From the IMG/VR virus record IMGVR_UViG_2675903038_000001, positions 23,510 to 87,509 of that record: 64,000 nt of DNA; one strand, written 5' to 3'. A model generated the notes under the pieces. It ran no database searches, was not told the DNA's origin, and saw nothing but the letters and a program-made list of their open reading frames with translations. This document shows positions 1 through 9,910 of the stretch, piece by piece. Origin of the DNA: a virus (Duplodnaviria; Caudoviricetes). Both the position numbers and the translations under genes were made by a program. The stretch's first letter is position 1. Each line of letters starts with the position of its first letter.

Positions 1-26
1 TGGAAGAACAAAACAATGCAAGTGGA

Positions 27-284
27 GTGCCAGAGCTTGAAGTCAGCAAGCTCGATATCAAGGATGGTGACATTCTGCTTATTCGTATTCCCGCCGGGAA
101 GGTGCCCGATAAAGAAGCACAAATGTACTTCTCGGCATTGAGGGATAGATTAACTACTCTGGGCTTTAAAGACGTGACCGTTCTCGTTTTGGACGCAGAG
201 ATTGATATAGAAACGCTTGATGAAAGAATCATGAGTAAGTACGGGTGGGTTAAGGCTCCTAAAGCGGAAAGTATGCTGCATTGA
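27..284 (+). CDS. Hypothetical phage protein
   Basis: 85-aa ORF, GGAG upstream of GTG start; no recognised motif. Confidence 0.55.
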   Translation: MPELEVSKLDIKDGDILLIRIPAGKVPDKEAQMYFSALRDRLTTLGFKDVTVLVLDAEIDIETLDERIMSKYGWVKAPKAESMLH

Positions 285-290
285 TTATCG

Positions 291-306
291 ATCGTGATGT
301 TAGGTT
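291..306 (+). promoter_or_regulatory. Putative late promoter (ATCGTGA-TGT-TAGGTT)
   Basis: Copy of the recurring RTCGTRA-N3-NANNNT motif upstream of the terminase operon. Confidence 0.55.
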
Positions 307-361
307 AATGTGTGTTCCGGCAAGAGTACAAATCACAATAAACTGGATAGCAATTAAACAC

Positions 362-571
362 ATGACATTACCTTACGATGTGGAGAGATGTAAAGGAAAG
401 AACGCGCTTTTGTGTCAACGATGCATGCGGCGCGAACCGGGCGACCAGGTTGCGCGGTGGTTTATCACTCCGGCTTTGACGCTGGATGGCTGCCAGAATT
501 TTATTGGTTATTCATTCCTGAACGCCAGAACGATAGAGGGAGGGCTGGTAAGTGGCTCGACTAACTCCTGA
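362..571 (+). CDS. Small Cys-rich hypothetical phage protein
   Basis: MTLPYDVERC...CQRCMRR...GCQNF; start moved from 281 to ATG 362, downstream of the promoter motif. Confidence 0.5.
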   Translation: MTLPYDVERCKGKNALLCQRCMRREPGDQVARWFITPALTLDGCQNFIGYSFLNARTIEGGLVSGSTNS

Positions 572-1070
572 GCAATGGAATGATATTCGTGCCAAATTTG
601 AAGTAGGCGCTTCTGCCAGAGAGTTATCCGTGATATTCGGTATTTCTCATACGGCAATTAATAAAAAGGCCGAGAAAGAAGGATGGACGCGGAGTATTGA
701 ACCGGCGATCAGGCGGAAAGTTTCCGAGAAAGTTTCCGGCTATGTTTCCAGTGACAACCTTTCAAAACGGGCTGAGGCGATTGATGCTGAAGCGGAGCGC
801 CGTGCCGCCGTTATTGAACGGCATCGTGAAGAATGGCCGACGGTTCGCGAGATGGTGGAGGCAGGCTGCAAAACGCATAGTGAGGCATCAAGTCTTGAGG
901 AAAAGCGTATCGCATTCGAAGACTTGAAAGCAGCCAAGATTGCGAGTGAAACGTTGAAGATCATTCAGGATGGGGAGAGGAAAGCTTGGAATTTAGATCA
1001 AATTGTGGACGTGACGACGCTTACGGATGAGCAATTGGCGGCGATAGCTAAAGGGAGAATGCCAGTTTAA
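552..1070 (+). CDS. terS: Terminase small subunit (HTH)
   Basis: N-terminal HTH (WNDIRAKFEVGASARELSVIFGISHTAINKKAEKEGW), C-terminal LTDEQL, position upstream of terL. Confidence 0.8.
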   Translation: MARLTPEQWNDIRAKFEVGASARELSVIFGISHTAINKKAEKEGWTRSIEPAIRRKVSEKVSGYVSSDNLSKRAEAIDAEAERRAAVIERHREEWPTVREMVEAGCKTHSEASSLEEKRIAFEDLKAAKIASETLKIIQDGERKAWNLDQIVDVTTLTDEQLAAIAKGRMPV

Positions 1071-1080
1071 TTACAAGAAC

Positions 1081-1992
1081 ATGGTGACTGCTAAAGATAT
1101 GACCGGAATGGTGTTTGGTCGCCTCACGGTAATTCGTCGTGATTCCGAAAGAAAAAGCCATTCTGGTTCAAGGTGGATATGCCGTTGTGAATGCGGCAAC
1201 GAGAAATCCATAATTCGAGGCAATCTAATCAGTGGACAAATCAAGTCATGTGGTTGCCTCCTTCTTGGCGATCCAGCTAAGGTTTGCGGGCGAACACTTG
1301 GCGTATCCATTAATTATTTGCCAGGAGAGAGGTTTGGTCGTTTGGTCGTAATTTCTACATGCGAATCTAAAAAAGGAATGTCTCAATTCAATACGCGCTG
1401 TGATTGTGGAAAGGATGTTACGGTTACAGGTCTGTATTTAAGAAAAAGCAAGAATCCTTCGTGTGGTTGCTACGAGTATGAAAACGCTAGAAATAGGCGA
1501 TTGATAAATTTATCTGGCGAGCGATTTGGCAAACTTACTGCTGTTGAGCGATCTGGAAAAAATTCTTCAGGCCACACATTGTGGTTGTGCAAATGTGACT
1601 GTGGATGTGAAAAGAAAGTTTCTCTTTCTTCATTGCGAAGTGGGCGCACTATTTCATGCGGGTGCGCTAAATCAGATAGTGTCGTTTGGATGCCAAATAA
1701 TGCACTCAGATATTCTCGCCATCGAGGTTCTATTCGTCGTGCGTTGAGGCATGGTGCTAATGGAAAATTCACAGAGAAAGAGATTGAAGAATTAAATGAA
1801 AAACAAAAAGGTCGCTGTGCTTATTGTGGTGCAAAGTTTGGTAACTCATATGATCGCGATCACATTCAGCCTCTGAGCAAAGGTGGAAGTAACGCGATTG
1901 ACAATATTCAATTGTTATGTCGATCTTGCAATGGTCGTAAAAATGCCAAAGACCCGTTTACATGGGCTAATGAGATTGGGATGCTGTTGTAA
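1081..1992 (+). CDS. Free-standing HNH homing endonuclease with three Cys-rich DNA-binding repeats
   Basis: Three (D/N)xxGxRFGxLxV...CxCxCG...SCGC repeats plus C-terminal CAYCG...DHIQPLSKGGSN...LLCRSCN. Confidence 0.88.
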   Translation: MVTAKDMTGMVFGRLTVIRRDSERKSHSGSRWICRCECGNEKSIIRGNLISGQIKSCGCLLLGDPAKVCGRTLGVSINYLPGERFGRLVVISTCESKKGMSQFNTRCDCGKDVTVTGLYLRKSKNPSCGCYEYENARNRRLINLSGERFGKLTAVERSGKNSSGHTLWLCKCDCGCEKKVSLSSLRSGRTISCGCAKSDSVVWMPNNALRYSRHRGSIRRALRHGANGKFTEKEIEELNEKQKGRCAYCGAKFGNSYDRDHIQPLSKGGSNAIDNIQLLCRSCNGRKNAKDPFTWANEIGMLL

Positions 1993-3515
1993 TGGTTATT
2001 CCGTTATCTATTCGGGCAGCGGCTGAGCTGGAAATTCGCCGCCGCCGCACAGAAGAACTTAAGCGGATTAATGGTGATTCGGAAACTATACGTGAGCGTT
2101 TGGGAATGCCGCAGCTTCACCCTGCTCAAATAAGAATGCTCGCAGAAAGTCGACGTTACAATGTCGCTTCGTGTGGCAGAAGGTTCGGGAAAACTTTCCT
2201 CTCTGCTGATGTGCTCCTTGATGGCCCTCGCAAAAAGGGAGCGCTTCATGGGTACCCGGTGGCGTTGTATGCCCCCACCTATCAAACCATGCTTGAATCG
2301 TGGCGGAATCTAGTTTATCTGCTGAAACCCATTACTTCCCAGAAATCAGAACAGAATAAGCGTATTGACCTAAATACTGGTGGGTGTATTGAGTTCTGGT
2401 CATTGGACAATCCTGATGCTGGCCGGGGCAGGAAGTATGCCACGGTAGTTATCGATGAGGCCGCCATGATAAAACGACTGGAAGAATCATGGAGTCAGAA
2501 CATACAGCCGCTTTTGCTTGATTACCAAGGAGAGGCATGGATTGTTAGCACTCCGAAGGGTGATAATTTCTTCAAGACTCTGTTTGATTATGGTCATGCC
2601 GCAAATCCGGCGCGAGATGACCAATGGCAATCCTGGCAGATACCGACTTGGGAAAATCCTCATATCAATCGGGAAGACATTGAAAGAATGCGCTCTAGCA
2701 TGCCTCGTTTGGCGTTCATGCAGGAGATCGAGGCGCAATTCGTAACTTTCGCTGGCACGTTCATTAAGGCAGAGCATCTCCATAGCGGTCAGCCACCGGA
2801 GGGTATGACGCTGTATCAGGGAGTTGATCTTGCAATTTCAATGAAGGAAAACGCTGACTATACTGCAATTGTTACTGTTGGTGTGGATAAGAACACAGGC
2901 CGCGTGTGGATAGTAGATGCAGAACGAAGGCGAGTTGGTTTCCGGGATGCGTTGGATTTTATCCAAAGTAAAGCGGAAAGATGGCGCCCAGAATCGATTG
3001 CTATTGAAGTGGTGCAATATCAGGCTGCTGTAGTAGAGGAATTATTGCGCTCTACCGATCTTCCTGTGCGACAGGTAAGACCAGATAAAGATAAATTGAC
3101 GCGTGCACAAGGCTTGATTACACGATACGAGAACGGGCTTGTCTGGCATGCAGAGACACTTCCACAAGAGTTTATCAACGAACTATTATCGTTTGGCCCG
3201 GACTGTGAGCATGATGATATGGTCGATGCCGCTGTTTATGGATACATGATGACTGGAGACTATGGGAAAACATTATTTATTCTGCCAAAAAATCCTGAGA
3301 CAGAAGTGATGCAGAAACGTCAAGAAATGGTCGAAAAGGGTATGCCTGGCTTACCTGATGGCGTGATGGGAATACTCGAAAAGCAGCCTACGGAAGGCGA
3401 AGTGTGCGGCAATTGCACGGCGTTCAACTCTGAAACCAAGCTGTGTGAAGAGCGGCACGTGAAGGTGCGTGCACACGATCCTGGATGTTCATTATTTGTG
3501 GAGGCGGAGGGTTGA
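1992..3515 (+). CDS. terL: Terminase large subunit
   Basis: Walker A CGRRFGKT, Walker B VVIDEAA, STPKG, nuclease motifs GVDLA and HDDMVDA. Confidence 0.95.
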   Translation: MVIPLSIRAAAELEIRRRRTEELKRINGDSETIRERLGMPQLHPAQIRMLAESRRYNVASCGRRFGKTFLSADVLLDGPRKKGALHGYPVALYAPTYQTMLESWRNLVYLLKPITSQKSEQNKRIDLNTGGCIEFWSLDNPDAGRGRKYATVVIDEAAMIKRLEESWSQNIQPLLLDYQGEAWIVSTPKGDNFFKTLFDYGHAANPARDDQWQSWQIPTWENPHINREDIERMRSSMPRLAFMQEIEAQFVTFAGTFIKAEHLHSGQPPEGMTLYQGVDLAISMKENADYTAIVTVGVDKNTGRVWIVDAERRRVGFRDALDFIQSKAERWRPESIAIEVVQYQAAVVEELLRSTDLPVRQVRPDKDKLTRAQGLITRYENGLVWHAETLPQEFINELLSFGPDCEHDDMVDAAVYGYMMTGDYGKTLFILPKNPETEVMQKRQEMVEKGMPGLPDGVMGILEKQPTEGEVCGNCTAFNSETKLCEERHVKVRAHDPGCSLFVEAEG

Positions 3516-3541
3516 AATAAATAAAAATCTAATTGGCTATT

Positions 3542-3600
3542 ATTCTACTTTTGAAATAACCGGCGCGCTTTAGCACGTCCGGTTGATTGAATCGTTGGGT
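3542..3600 (-). other. Integron attC site (59 bp, degenerate R')
   Basis: Minus strand ACCCAAC-GATTCA-ATCAACCGGACGTGC-TAAA-GCGCGCCGGTTATT-TCAAAA-GTAGAAT immediately after the ykvA-like stop; imperfect palindrome with an RYYYAAC start. Confidence 0.72.
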
Positions 3601-3604
3601 GTGC

Positions 3605-4003
3605 TCACGGTTGCGCCATGAGCGCTTCATAGCCCCACACGATGCAGAGCGTAGCCAACAGTAGCCAAATTGCGATAATTGCTGCGCCAGCAACCCGACT
3701 TACTGGTTTTTCATTTTTAATGGTTTCCTGTGCTCGTGCTCGGCATTCAGCCAGAACGGAATGGGGAATCAGCTTGATTGCCAATGCAATACCCAGAGGT
3801 ATCAGGATGAAATCATCCAGGTAGCCAAGAACAGGTACAAAGTCCGGAATAAGATCAATAGGGCTGATGGCATAAGCAACGATACCGGCAACGAGAAGCT
3901 TGGTATACCAAGGTGTCCGTGGGTCACGGGCAGCAAGGTAAAGCGCAAAGGTTTCCGCCTTGAGATGGCGCGCGCGTTGTTTCAATTTTTCGAGCACTAC
4001 CAC
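3605..4003 (-). CDS. YkvA/DUF1232 family membrane protein (integron gene cassette)
   Basis: DPRTPWYTK...YAISPIDLIPDFVPVLGYLDD signature. Confidence 0.9.
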   Translation of the reverse strand: MVVLEKLKQRARHLKAETFALYLAARDPRTPWYTKLLVAGIVAYAISPIDLIPDFVPVLGYLDDFILIPLGIALAIKLIPHSVLAECRARAQETIKNEKPVSRVAGAAIIAIWLLLATLCIVWGYEALMAQP

Positions 4004-4020
4004 TGTCTCGCTAAATAGAC

Positions 4021-4040
4021 GCCCAACGAAATTAGACCTC
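4021..4040 (-). other. Cassette recombination core GTTGGGC / attI-like remnant
   Basis: Minus strand GAGGTCTAATTTC-GTTGGGC just upstream of the cassette ORF; GTTRRRY core nearly complementary to the attC ACCCAAC. Confidence 0.55.
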
Positions 4041-4172
4041 CGAAATGACGCAATACATTACGTCAAAATTGAAATATAACTCAGAAAGTTGCATGCTATT
4101 TTCTTATGATTAATAGAATTGCGTCGATTTAGCTTTCATCATAATAACAATCTTCGCTAGATCCACAAATAT

Positions 4173-4505
4173 ATGAAATTTATATACGCATTACTAACCA
4201 TTTTTATTTCCCATCTGGCATTTGCTTCTGGAGATCACATCCAACCAGATAAGTTGGGCGGCTATTTCACCAATGAAGGCCACTACCAATCAGACAGGAT
4301 GGGCGGCTACTATGCGCCAAATGGTGGCCATATCCAATCCGATGGTAGGGGTGGATTCCTCACTAAAGATGGACATATTCAACCCGATAATATGGGTGGA
4401 TATTTCACCCCGGAAGGACATTATCAATCGGATGGCAGAGGTGGGTACCTCACCCCTGATGGCAAGCATATTCAGTCAGATGGGATGGGGGGATGGTACA
4501 GATAA
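4173..4505 (+). CDS. Secreted Gly-rich repeat protein
   Basis: Signal peptide (MKFIYALLTIFISHLAFA) plus six H(I/Y)Q(P/S)DxxGG(Y/F/W) repeats of 15-16 aa. Confidence 0.8.
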   Translation: MKFIYALLTIFISHLAFASGDHIQPDKLGGYFTNEGHYQSDRMGGYYAPNGGHIQSDGRGGFLTKDGHIQPDNMGGYFTPEGHYQSDGRGGYLTPDGKHIQSDGMGGWYR

Positions 4506-4598
4506 AGAAAATACAAATGATAGACATTTAATTGCTATTATCGAAAAATCATTGGAACTTATCTGAAGATAGACCAGCTTGAATCATTTCAGGCACTG

Positions 4599-4993
4599 AT
4601 GACCAACGTACCGGATGAGAGTTTGTTACCCTGCATCCTACAGGAGATAGCTGAGCTAATCGGTCTGCCCGCCACGCTCAAGCTAGCTCAGCACTATGGC
4701 GGCGTGCGCCTGTATGTGCCCATAAGCAACTGCTAGAAGATCACACGCTGATCGATATCGTGGGTATTGATGCTGCGCTCAAGTTGGTAGAGCTCTTCGG
4801 AGGGCTGGATCACTTCGGCATCCCCAAAGCACAAGCCATCAGCGTCGCGCTGCGCAACAGCAAAATCCGCGAGGAATGGCCAACACTTAGCCAACGCCAG
4901 CTTGCGCTCAAATATGGCCTCACTGAGAGGCAAGTGCGCAAGATTCTGGCGGTTGAACAGCAGGAAGAATCAAGGCAGATGGGGTTGTTTTAA
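4599..4993 (+). pseudogene. mor: Mor/C-family (Mu-like) transcription activator, frameshifted
   Basis: MTNVPDESLLPCILQEIAELIGLPATLKLAQHYGGVRLYVP, frame change near 4723, then EDHTLIDIVGIDAALKLVELFGG...RNSKIREE...QLALKYGLTERQVRKIL. Confidence 0.8.
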
Positions 4994-5385
4994 GGACAAA
5001 CAAAAAATAACCCGGTGAGCAATGTAGAACTTACCGAGCTTGAAGGAATGAAAATACAATTGTTGTATGTTGTTTAACGGCTGAGATTGCAAAAACTTTA
5101 GCTTGTTTTTGGAGTACCCGGAATAAACATTACCCTGTTTCAATAAAAAGCAGTTGCTTACTGTCTTGCCCATGAAAATTGTGGACACTAAACTAGCACC
5201 TACTGAAAGTAGACGGGTTAGCGAAGATTGGATGTGGCGACTAAAATCGTCTACTCGCATCAAGCTAAACGCGCATGAGTCAACACATTTAAAGTCAAGG
5301 CAACTGTCTGAAGACGGTGGTTTTTACCAAATTTATAAAAATAAAATGATTCAACCTCTAAAACCTATGAATACTAGGAATAGCA

Positions 5386-7080
5386 ATGTCAAAAAATAAC
5401 CAGATTCTTCTGGAAGCAACTGTTGAACAAGAATTAGCGCATTATGAGGAAGACATTTCCTTAAGTGATTTCTTCGAATTTTATGCTTCATTGCAAGTTT
5501 TAAAAGATTTTGAATTGAGCTTTGACGAAATAAACTCAGGAATATGTGGAAAAAGTCATGACGGAGGAACTGACTCCATTTACCTTTTTACAAACGGCGA
5601 ATTAGTAAAAGAAGATGAAAACATTAAAGATAAATATAAAAAAAATGTTGATATTGAATTCTTTTTAATTCAAGCCAAATATGAAAATTCATTTAATGAA
5701 AATCCACTTATAAAACTAACAAAGCTTTGTAGAAATCTATTTGATCTTGATTTTGATCGTGCAAAATTTGAGGGAAGATACAATGACAAAGTTTTAGCTT
5801 CATTTGAATTATTCCGATCTACATATGTTGCTTTAATTACAAAAAAACCAAAATTAAAAATCATTGTTTATTACGTTTCTAAAGGAATTGATATTCATCC
5901 CAATGTACAAATGCAAGCGGATGAACTCAAAAAGGATATAGTTGAGAAGCTTCCTGGTGCTTTCGTTGATGTAAACTTCATTGGCGCAGATCAATTAATG
6001 AAGCTGACGCAAGAAAGAGTAAACGATGTTTTTAGGTTAAAAATTTCTGAAACTCCGCTTTCAACTAGTGAACAAGTATTTATAGTACTAACCAATTTAG
6101 CTGAATACTATAAATTTATAACTGATGACAATGGCAAACTAATAAAGCATATATTTGAATCAAATGTACGTGATTATCAAGGTAAAAATAACGTTAATAA
6201 TGAAATACAAGATACTCTAGAAAACCCTGGTACAGAAGAATTCTGGTGGTTAAATAACGGTGTGACAATTTTAGCCAGTGAAGCATCTGCACCAGGGGGT
6301 AAAGAATTAGTAATTCATAATCCTGAGATCGTTAATGGCCTGCAAACTTCCAATGAGATATTTAGGTTTTTCTCAAACAACAATCAAAATTTAGAAAATG
6401 AAAAAAGAGATGTACTGATTAGAGTTATCGTACCTGAAAATGAAGAAACTAGAGATAGGATTATACGTGCCACCAATAGTCAAACACCCATTCCTAAAGC
6501 ATCGTTAAGAGCTACAGATCAAATACATAGACAAATCGAAGAATATCTGAAGCCAAAAGGGCTCTTTTATGATAGGCGCAAGAATTATTATAAAAACGAA
6601 GGAAAAAAACCTAAGGATATAGTTAGCATCCCTTTCATGTCGCAGTGTTTAATGTCCTCCCTTATGCAAAAGCCTGACTATGCTAGGGCAAGACCTTCGA
6701 CTCTTTTAGAAGATGACGATTCATATAATAAGTTATTTCATGAAAATAATGACTTAAATACTTACTATTTGTTGGCATCATGGGGTAGACAAATTGAGGT
6801 AGAACTTAAATCTAGCAGACAATATGATCCAACAGAAATAAACGATATTAAGTTTTATGTTTTGTATGCAGTTACAGCACAGATTGTCTGTAATATTTAT
6901 CCGACAAACAGTACAGTAGCCAAACTCGATATAAAGCAAGCAACTCCCAATCTTATCAATAATTCAATTGTTTTAGTATTTGATTTGTATAAAAAGCTTG
7001 GTGGTAATGATAAGGTTGCCAAAGGGATAAAATTAATTGAAGAATTAAAAGAAAAGCTAAGATCTATAATTGAAACATAA
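5386..7080 (+). CDS. AIPR family (abortive infection phage resistance) protein
   Basis: IFESNVRDYQG, FWWLNNGVTI, IVNGLQTS, ATNSQT motifs; markedly AT-rich. Confidence 0.9.
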   Translation: MSKNNQILLEATVEQELAHYEEDISLSDFFEFYASLQVLKDFELSFDEINSGICGKSHDGGTDSIYLFTNGELVKEDENIKDKYKKNVDIEFFLIQAKYENSFNENPLIKLTKLCRNLFDLDFDRAKFEGRYNDKVLASFELFRSTYVALITKKPKLKIIVYYVSKGIDIHPNVQMQADELKKDIVEKLPGAFVDVNFIGADQLMKLTQERVNDVFRLKISETPLSTSEQVFIVLTNLAEYYKFITDDNGKLIKHIFESNVRDYQGKNNVNNEIQDTLENPGTEEFWWLNNGVTILASEASAPGGKELVIHNPEIVNGLQTSNEIFRFFSNNNQNLENEKRDVLIRVIVPENEETRDRIIRATNSQTPIPKASLRATDQIHRQIEEYLKPKGLFYDRRKNYYKNEGKKPKDIVSIPFMSQCLMSSLMQKPDYARARPSTLLEDDDSYNKLFHENNDLNTYYLLASWGRQIEVELKSSRQYDPTEINDIKFYVLYAVTAQIVCNIYPTNSTVAKLDIKQATPNLINNSIVLVFDLYKKLGGNDKVAKGIKLIEELKEKLRSIIET

Positions 7081-7222
7081 AATACAGAAGAATATATTTT
7101 CTTCTGGCAATCAGTTTTTACCTTTAAAGTAACACCGTTTTTTTCATGAAGAAAAGAAACTGTTAAACATTGAGTAGCAATTAGTTCTTCGTGTATCCTT
7201 AAACTCAAAGGAGATAGGGTTC

Positions 7223-8398
7223 ATGAATTTCGATTTATTACGTCCATTTGGTTTTTACGAATTCTTCGCTGGTGGCGGAATGGCTCGTCTTGGTCTTGGA
7301 GACGCTTGGGAGTGTCATTTCGCAAATGATTTTGACGGCAAAAAAACTGCCTCATATCGAATTAATTTCAACAGAGCACCTGAGCTCCTTATTAGTGATG
7401 TAAGAAATATTACTGCCAGTCAGCTGCCTGGCAAAGCCACATTGTCTTGGGCCTCATTTCCATGCCAAGATCTTAGTTTAGCAGGTTCTGGGGCTGGTCT
7501 TGCTGGAGAACGCAGTGGAGTATTTTGGCCGTTCTGGAACTTAATGTTATCGCTCAAACGAGAGGGACGCAACCCTCCTATAATAGTATTAGAAAATGTA
7601 GCTGGCCTGATTACCTCGCACAATGGTCAGGACTTAGCCACTCTGATATCATCTTTGGCAAATGCGGATTATCGCGTTGGCGCAGTGCTGCTTGACGGAG
7701 CATATTTTGTCGCACAATCTCGTCCACGCTTATTTATCATTGCTGTCACCCGTGGTGTCGGGATTCCGAAATTTCTTAGTGGTCGAGTGCCTAATCCGAC
7801 ATGGCATCCGCAATCATTGCAAGATGTAGTCGAAGCTTTGCCGCATAAGTCTCGTAAAGCATGGGTATGGTGGAAGATGCCGATGCCAGATCAAGAAGCC
7901 CCTCATCTTTCAGATATCATTGAAAATGAACCGCATGGCGTTAAATGGCATTCAGAATCAGAAACGTTAAAATTACTCAATATGATGTCACCCGCAAACT
8001 TGGAAAAAGTGCACGAAGCACAGAAATCTAGTTCTCGCCAGGTTGGCACGATCTACAAACGTACAAGATTCGGCATACAACGCGCCGAGGTGCGCTTTGA
8101 TGGTGTTAGCGGTTGCTTGCGTACACCTGCGGGTGGCTCAAGTCGTCAAATAATTATGGTTGTCGAAGGAAGGCATATTCGTTCACGGCTTATTTCGCCA
8201 CGGGAGACTGCTCGACTAATGGGCTTACCTGAAAGCTATATACTGCCGGAACGATATAATGATGCTTATCATCTAACTGGGGACGGTGTTGTTGTCCCCG
8301 TTGTAGCGTGGTTAGAGCAACATATAATTCGGCCTATTGCAATGTCAACATGCAAGGCCAAGGGACGCCAGCTCGTGTCGGAGGCAACGCTTGCCTAG
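7223..8398 (+). CDS. DNA (cytosine-5)-methyltransferase
   Basis: FFAGGG (motif I), SFPCQDLS (IV), LENV (VI), QSRPRLF (VIII), RETARLMG and GDGVVVP (IX/X). Confidence 0.95.
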   Translation: MNFDLLRPFGFYEFFAGGGMARLGLGDAWECHFANDFDGKKTASYRINFNRAPELLISDVRNITASQLPGKATLSWASFPCQDLSLAGSGAGLAGERSGVFWPFWNLMLSLKREGRNPPIIVLENVAGLITSHNGQDLATLISSLANADYRVGAVLLDGAYFVAQSRPRLFIIAVTRGVGIPKFLSGRVPNPTWHPQSLQDVVEALPHKSRKAWVWWKMPMPDQEAPHLSDIIENEPHGVKWHSESETLKLLNMMSPANLEKVHEAQKSSSRQVGTIYKRTRFGIQRAEVRFDGVSGCLRTPAGGSSRQIIMVVEGRHIRSRLISPRETARLMGLPESYILPERYNDAYHLTGDGVVVPVVAWLEQHIIRPIAMSTCKAKGRQLVSEATLA

Positions 8399-9260
8399 CC
8401 ACCCAATAATACCTTGCTCACTTCGTGAAGATTGGGCGCAAATCGTTGATGAATACTCAGACGCCTTAAAAGCTGCTGCCCACACCATCGGTTCTCATGG
8501 GCTGGATCGTGAAGCTTTCGAGGAATCAGGATTGTTTAAAAGTGCCATCGAGAGAATTCGTGGACAGCAAGCCGCTACCACAAGTATCAAGTATGCATTC
8601 ATTGAAGATACTCTTAAATTTTTACAAAGTAATGGCCTCATTCAACATTATGAATTTGTAGGTTCACGTGATCGCCATGATTTTGAGGTACATTTTGATG
8701 ATGGCAGGCTTTGTTGCATAGAAGCAAAGGGCTGTCTTGACGGAAACAACACCAATATCTTTGTGAGACCGCAAAATGCTGATGAATTTATCATTTGGTC
8801 ACTTTGCCAAAACCCAGGCTCTGATCCTCGGCATAATGCGTGGAGTGGGATTCATACTCGACTAAGTGCAGAAATCGTAGCTCGTCGCGAACGAGTGGAC
8901 GGCCTCATTATTTGGGATATGTTATGTGGCACTTTAGCAAGACCTTGTCCAAAGTTGCAATCTTATCCAGATCGTTTCACTAATCTTTCAGGAAAGCATG
9001 TCCCACCGCCATGTATCTATCTATTTCCTCGTACTATACCCGATGCACGCAATAATCCAAATCCAACTCCCTGGAACTTGAGTGATATTCGATTTTTGAA
9101 AATTCTTGCTAACGCATTTCACACGCTTAAAGATGATGCTGTGAAAGTCCGCATCGAAGTACGTATGCATGAAGCGGATATTCAACGTCGAACAACCTAC
9201 ACAACAAACAACTCTCAGTTACATCAAAGCGGTTGGACTTCAATTCGAAGAGCACGATAA
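8391..9260 (+). CDS. Putative type II restriction endonuclease (PD-(D/E)XK)
   Basis: RHDF...IEAKG motif, between C5-MTase and Vsr; start moved to TTG 8391 after GGAGG. Confidence 0.72.
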   Translation: MPSHPIIPCSLREDWAQIVDEYSDALKAAAHTIGSHGLDREAFEESGLFKSAIERIRGQQAATTSIKYAFIEDTLKFLQSNGLIQHYEFVGSRDRHDFEVHFDDGRLCCIEAKGCLDGNNTNIFVRPQNADEFIIWSLCQNPGSDPRHNAWSGIHTRLSAEIVARRERVDGLIIWDMLCGTLARPCPKLQSYPDRFTNLSGKHVPPPCIYLFPRTIPDARNNPNPTPWNLSDIRFLKILANAFHTLKDDAVKVRIEVRMHEADIQRRTTYTTNNSQLHQSGWTSIRRAR

Positions 9261-9265
9261 ATATT

Positions 9266-9679
9266 GTGGATAACCTAAGCCCCGAACAACGTCGTAGAAC
9301 TATGGCGGCAGTCAAGAGCCGAGACACGGGCCTAGAAATCATAGTCAGAAGACTGCTGCACGCATCTGGGTTTCGTTTCCGACTGCATCGAAAAGACCTC
9401 CCAGGCAAACCTGATATTGTGCTGCCTAAATATCGAACAGTTATTTTGGTTCATGGCTGTTTTTGGCATCAACATCCAGAATGCAAATATTCTTCAATAC
9501 CCGCTACTCGACAAGACTATTGGCAAGCTAAACTAAATCGCAATGTTTTACGAGATCAGAAAAATACCCTCGAGCTAACCGCACTCGGCTGGAAAGTTTT
9601 TATAATTTGGGAATGTGAGATTAAAGATAAAATGACATTTTCAGAAAAGATTCACCAGCTTCTATCTTTGCGGCATTAA
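9266..9679 (+). CDS. vsr: Very short patch repair endonuclease
   Basis: DNLSPEQRRRTMAAVKSRDT, LPGKPDIV, VHGCFWHQH, IWECE; GTG start 9266. Confidence 0.95.
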   Translation: MDNLSPEQRRRTMAAVKSRDTGLEIIVRRLLHASGFRFRLHRKDLPGKPDIVLPKYRTVILVHGCFWHQHPECKYSSIPATRQDYWQAKLNRNVLRDQKNTLELTALGWKVFIIWECEIKDKMTFSEKIHQLLSLRH

Positions 9680-9798
9680 AACAGCTAATTTGATAACCCT
9701 TTAAAACCCACATAACCTTTTAACCCCATCCGCCCAAACCCCACCTGCGGTCTTCCTTCCGCCTTATTCCGCCCAATGTCTTCCGCCATCATGGCGGT

Positions 9799-9910
9799 AT
9801 GACACGACAAATCAAAAGCATCATCATTCACTGCACAGCCACGCCCAATGGCAAGCACTTTTCTGTCAACAATATCGATCGCTGGCACCGAGAGTGTGGA
9901 TTTAATTGTT
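9799..9910 (+). pseudogene. N-terminal fragment of an N-acetylmuramoyl-L-alanine amidase (endolysin)
   Basis: MTRQIKSIIIHCTATPNG...IDRWHRECGF, then similarity is lost. Confidence 0.75.

Noticed and set aside
4230-4500. CRISPR-like array
   Set aside because: Repeats are degenerate, in-frame protein repeats with no unique spacers and no cas genes
5154-5399. 81-aa ORF or IS3-like end remnants upstream of AIPR
   Set aside because: No recognisable protein motif; resemblance to IS ends too weak to call
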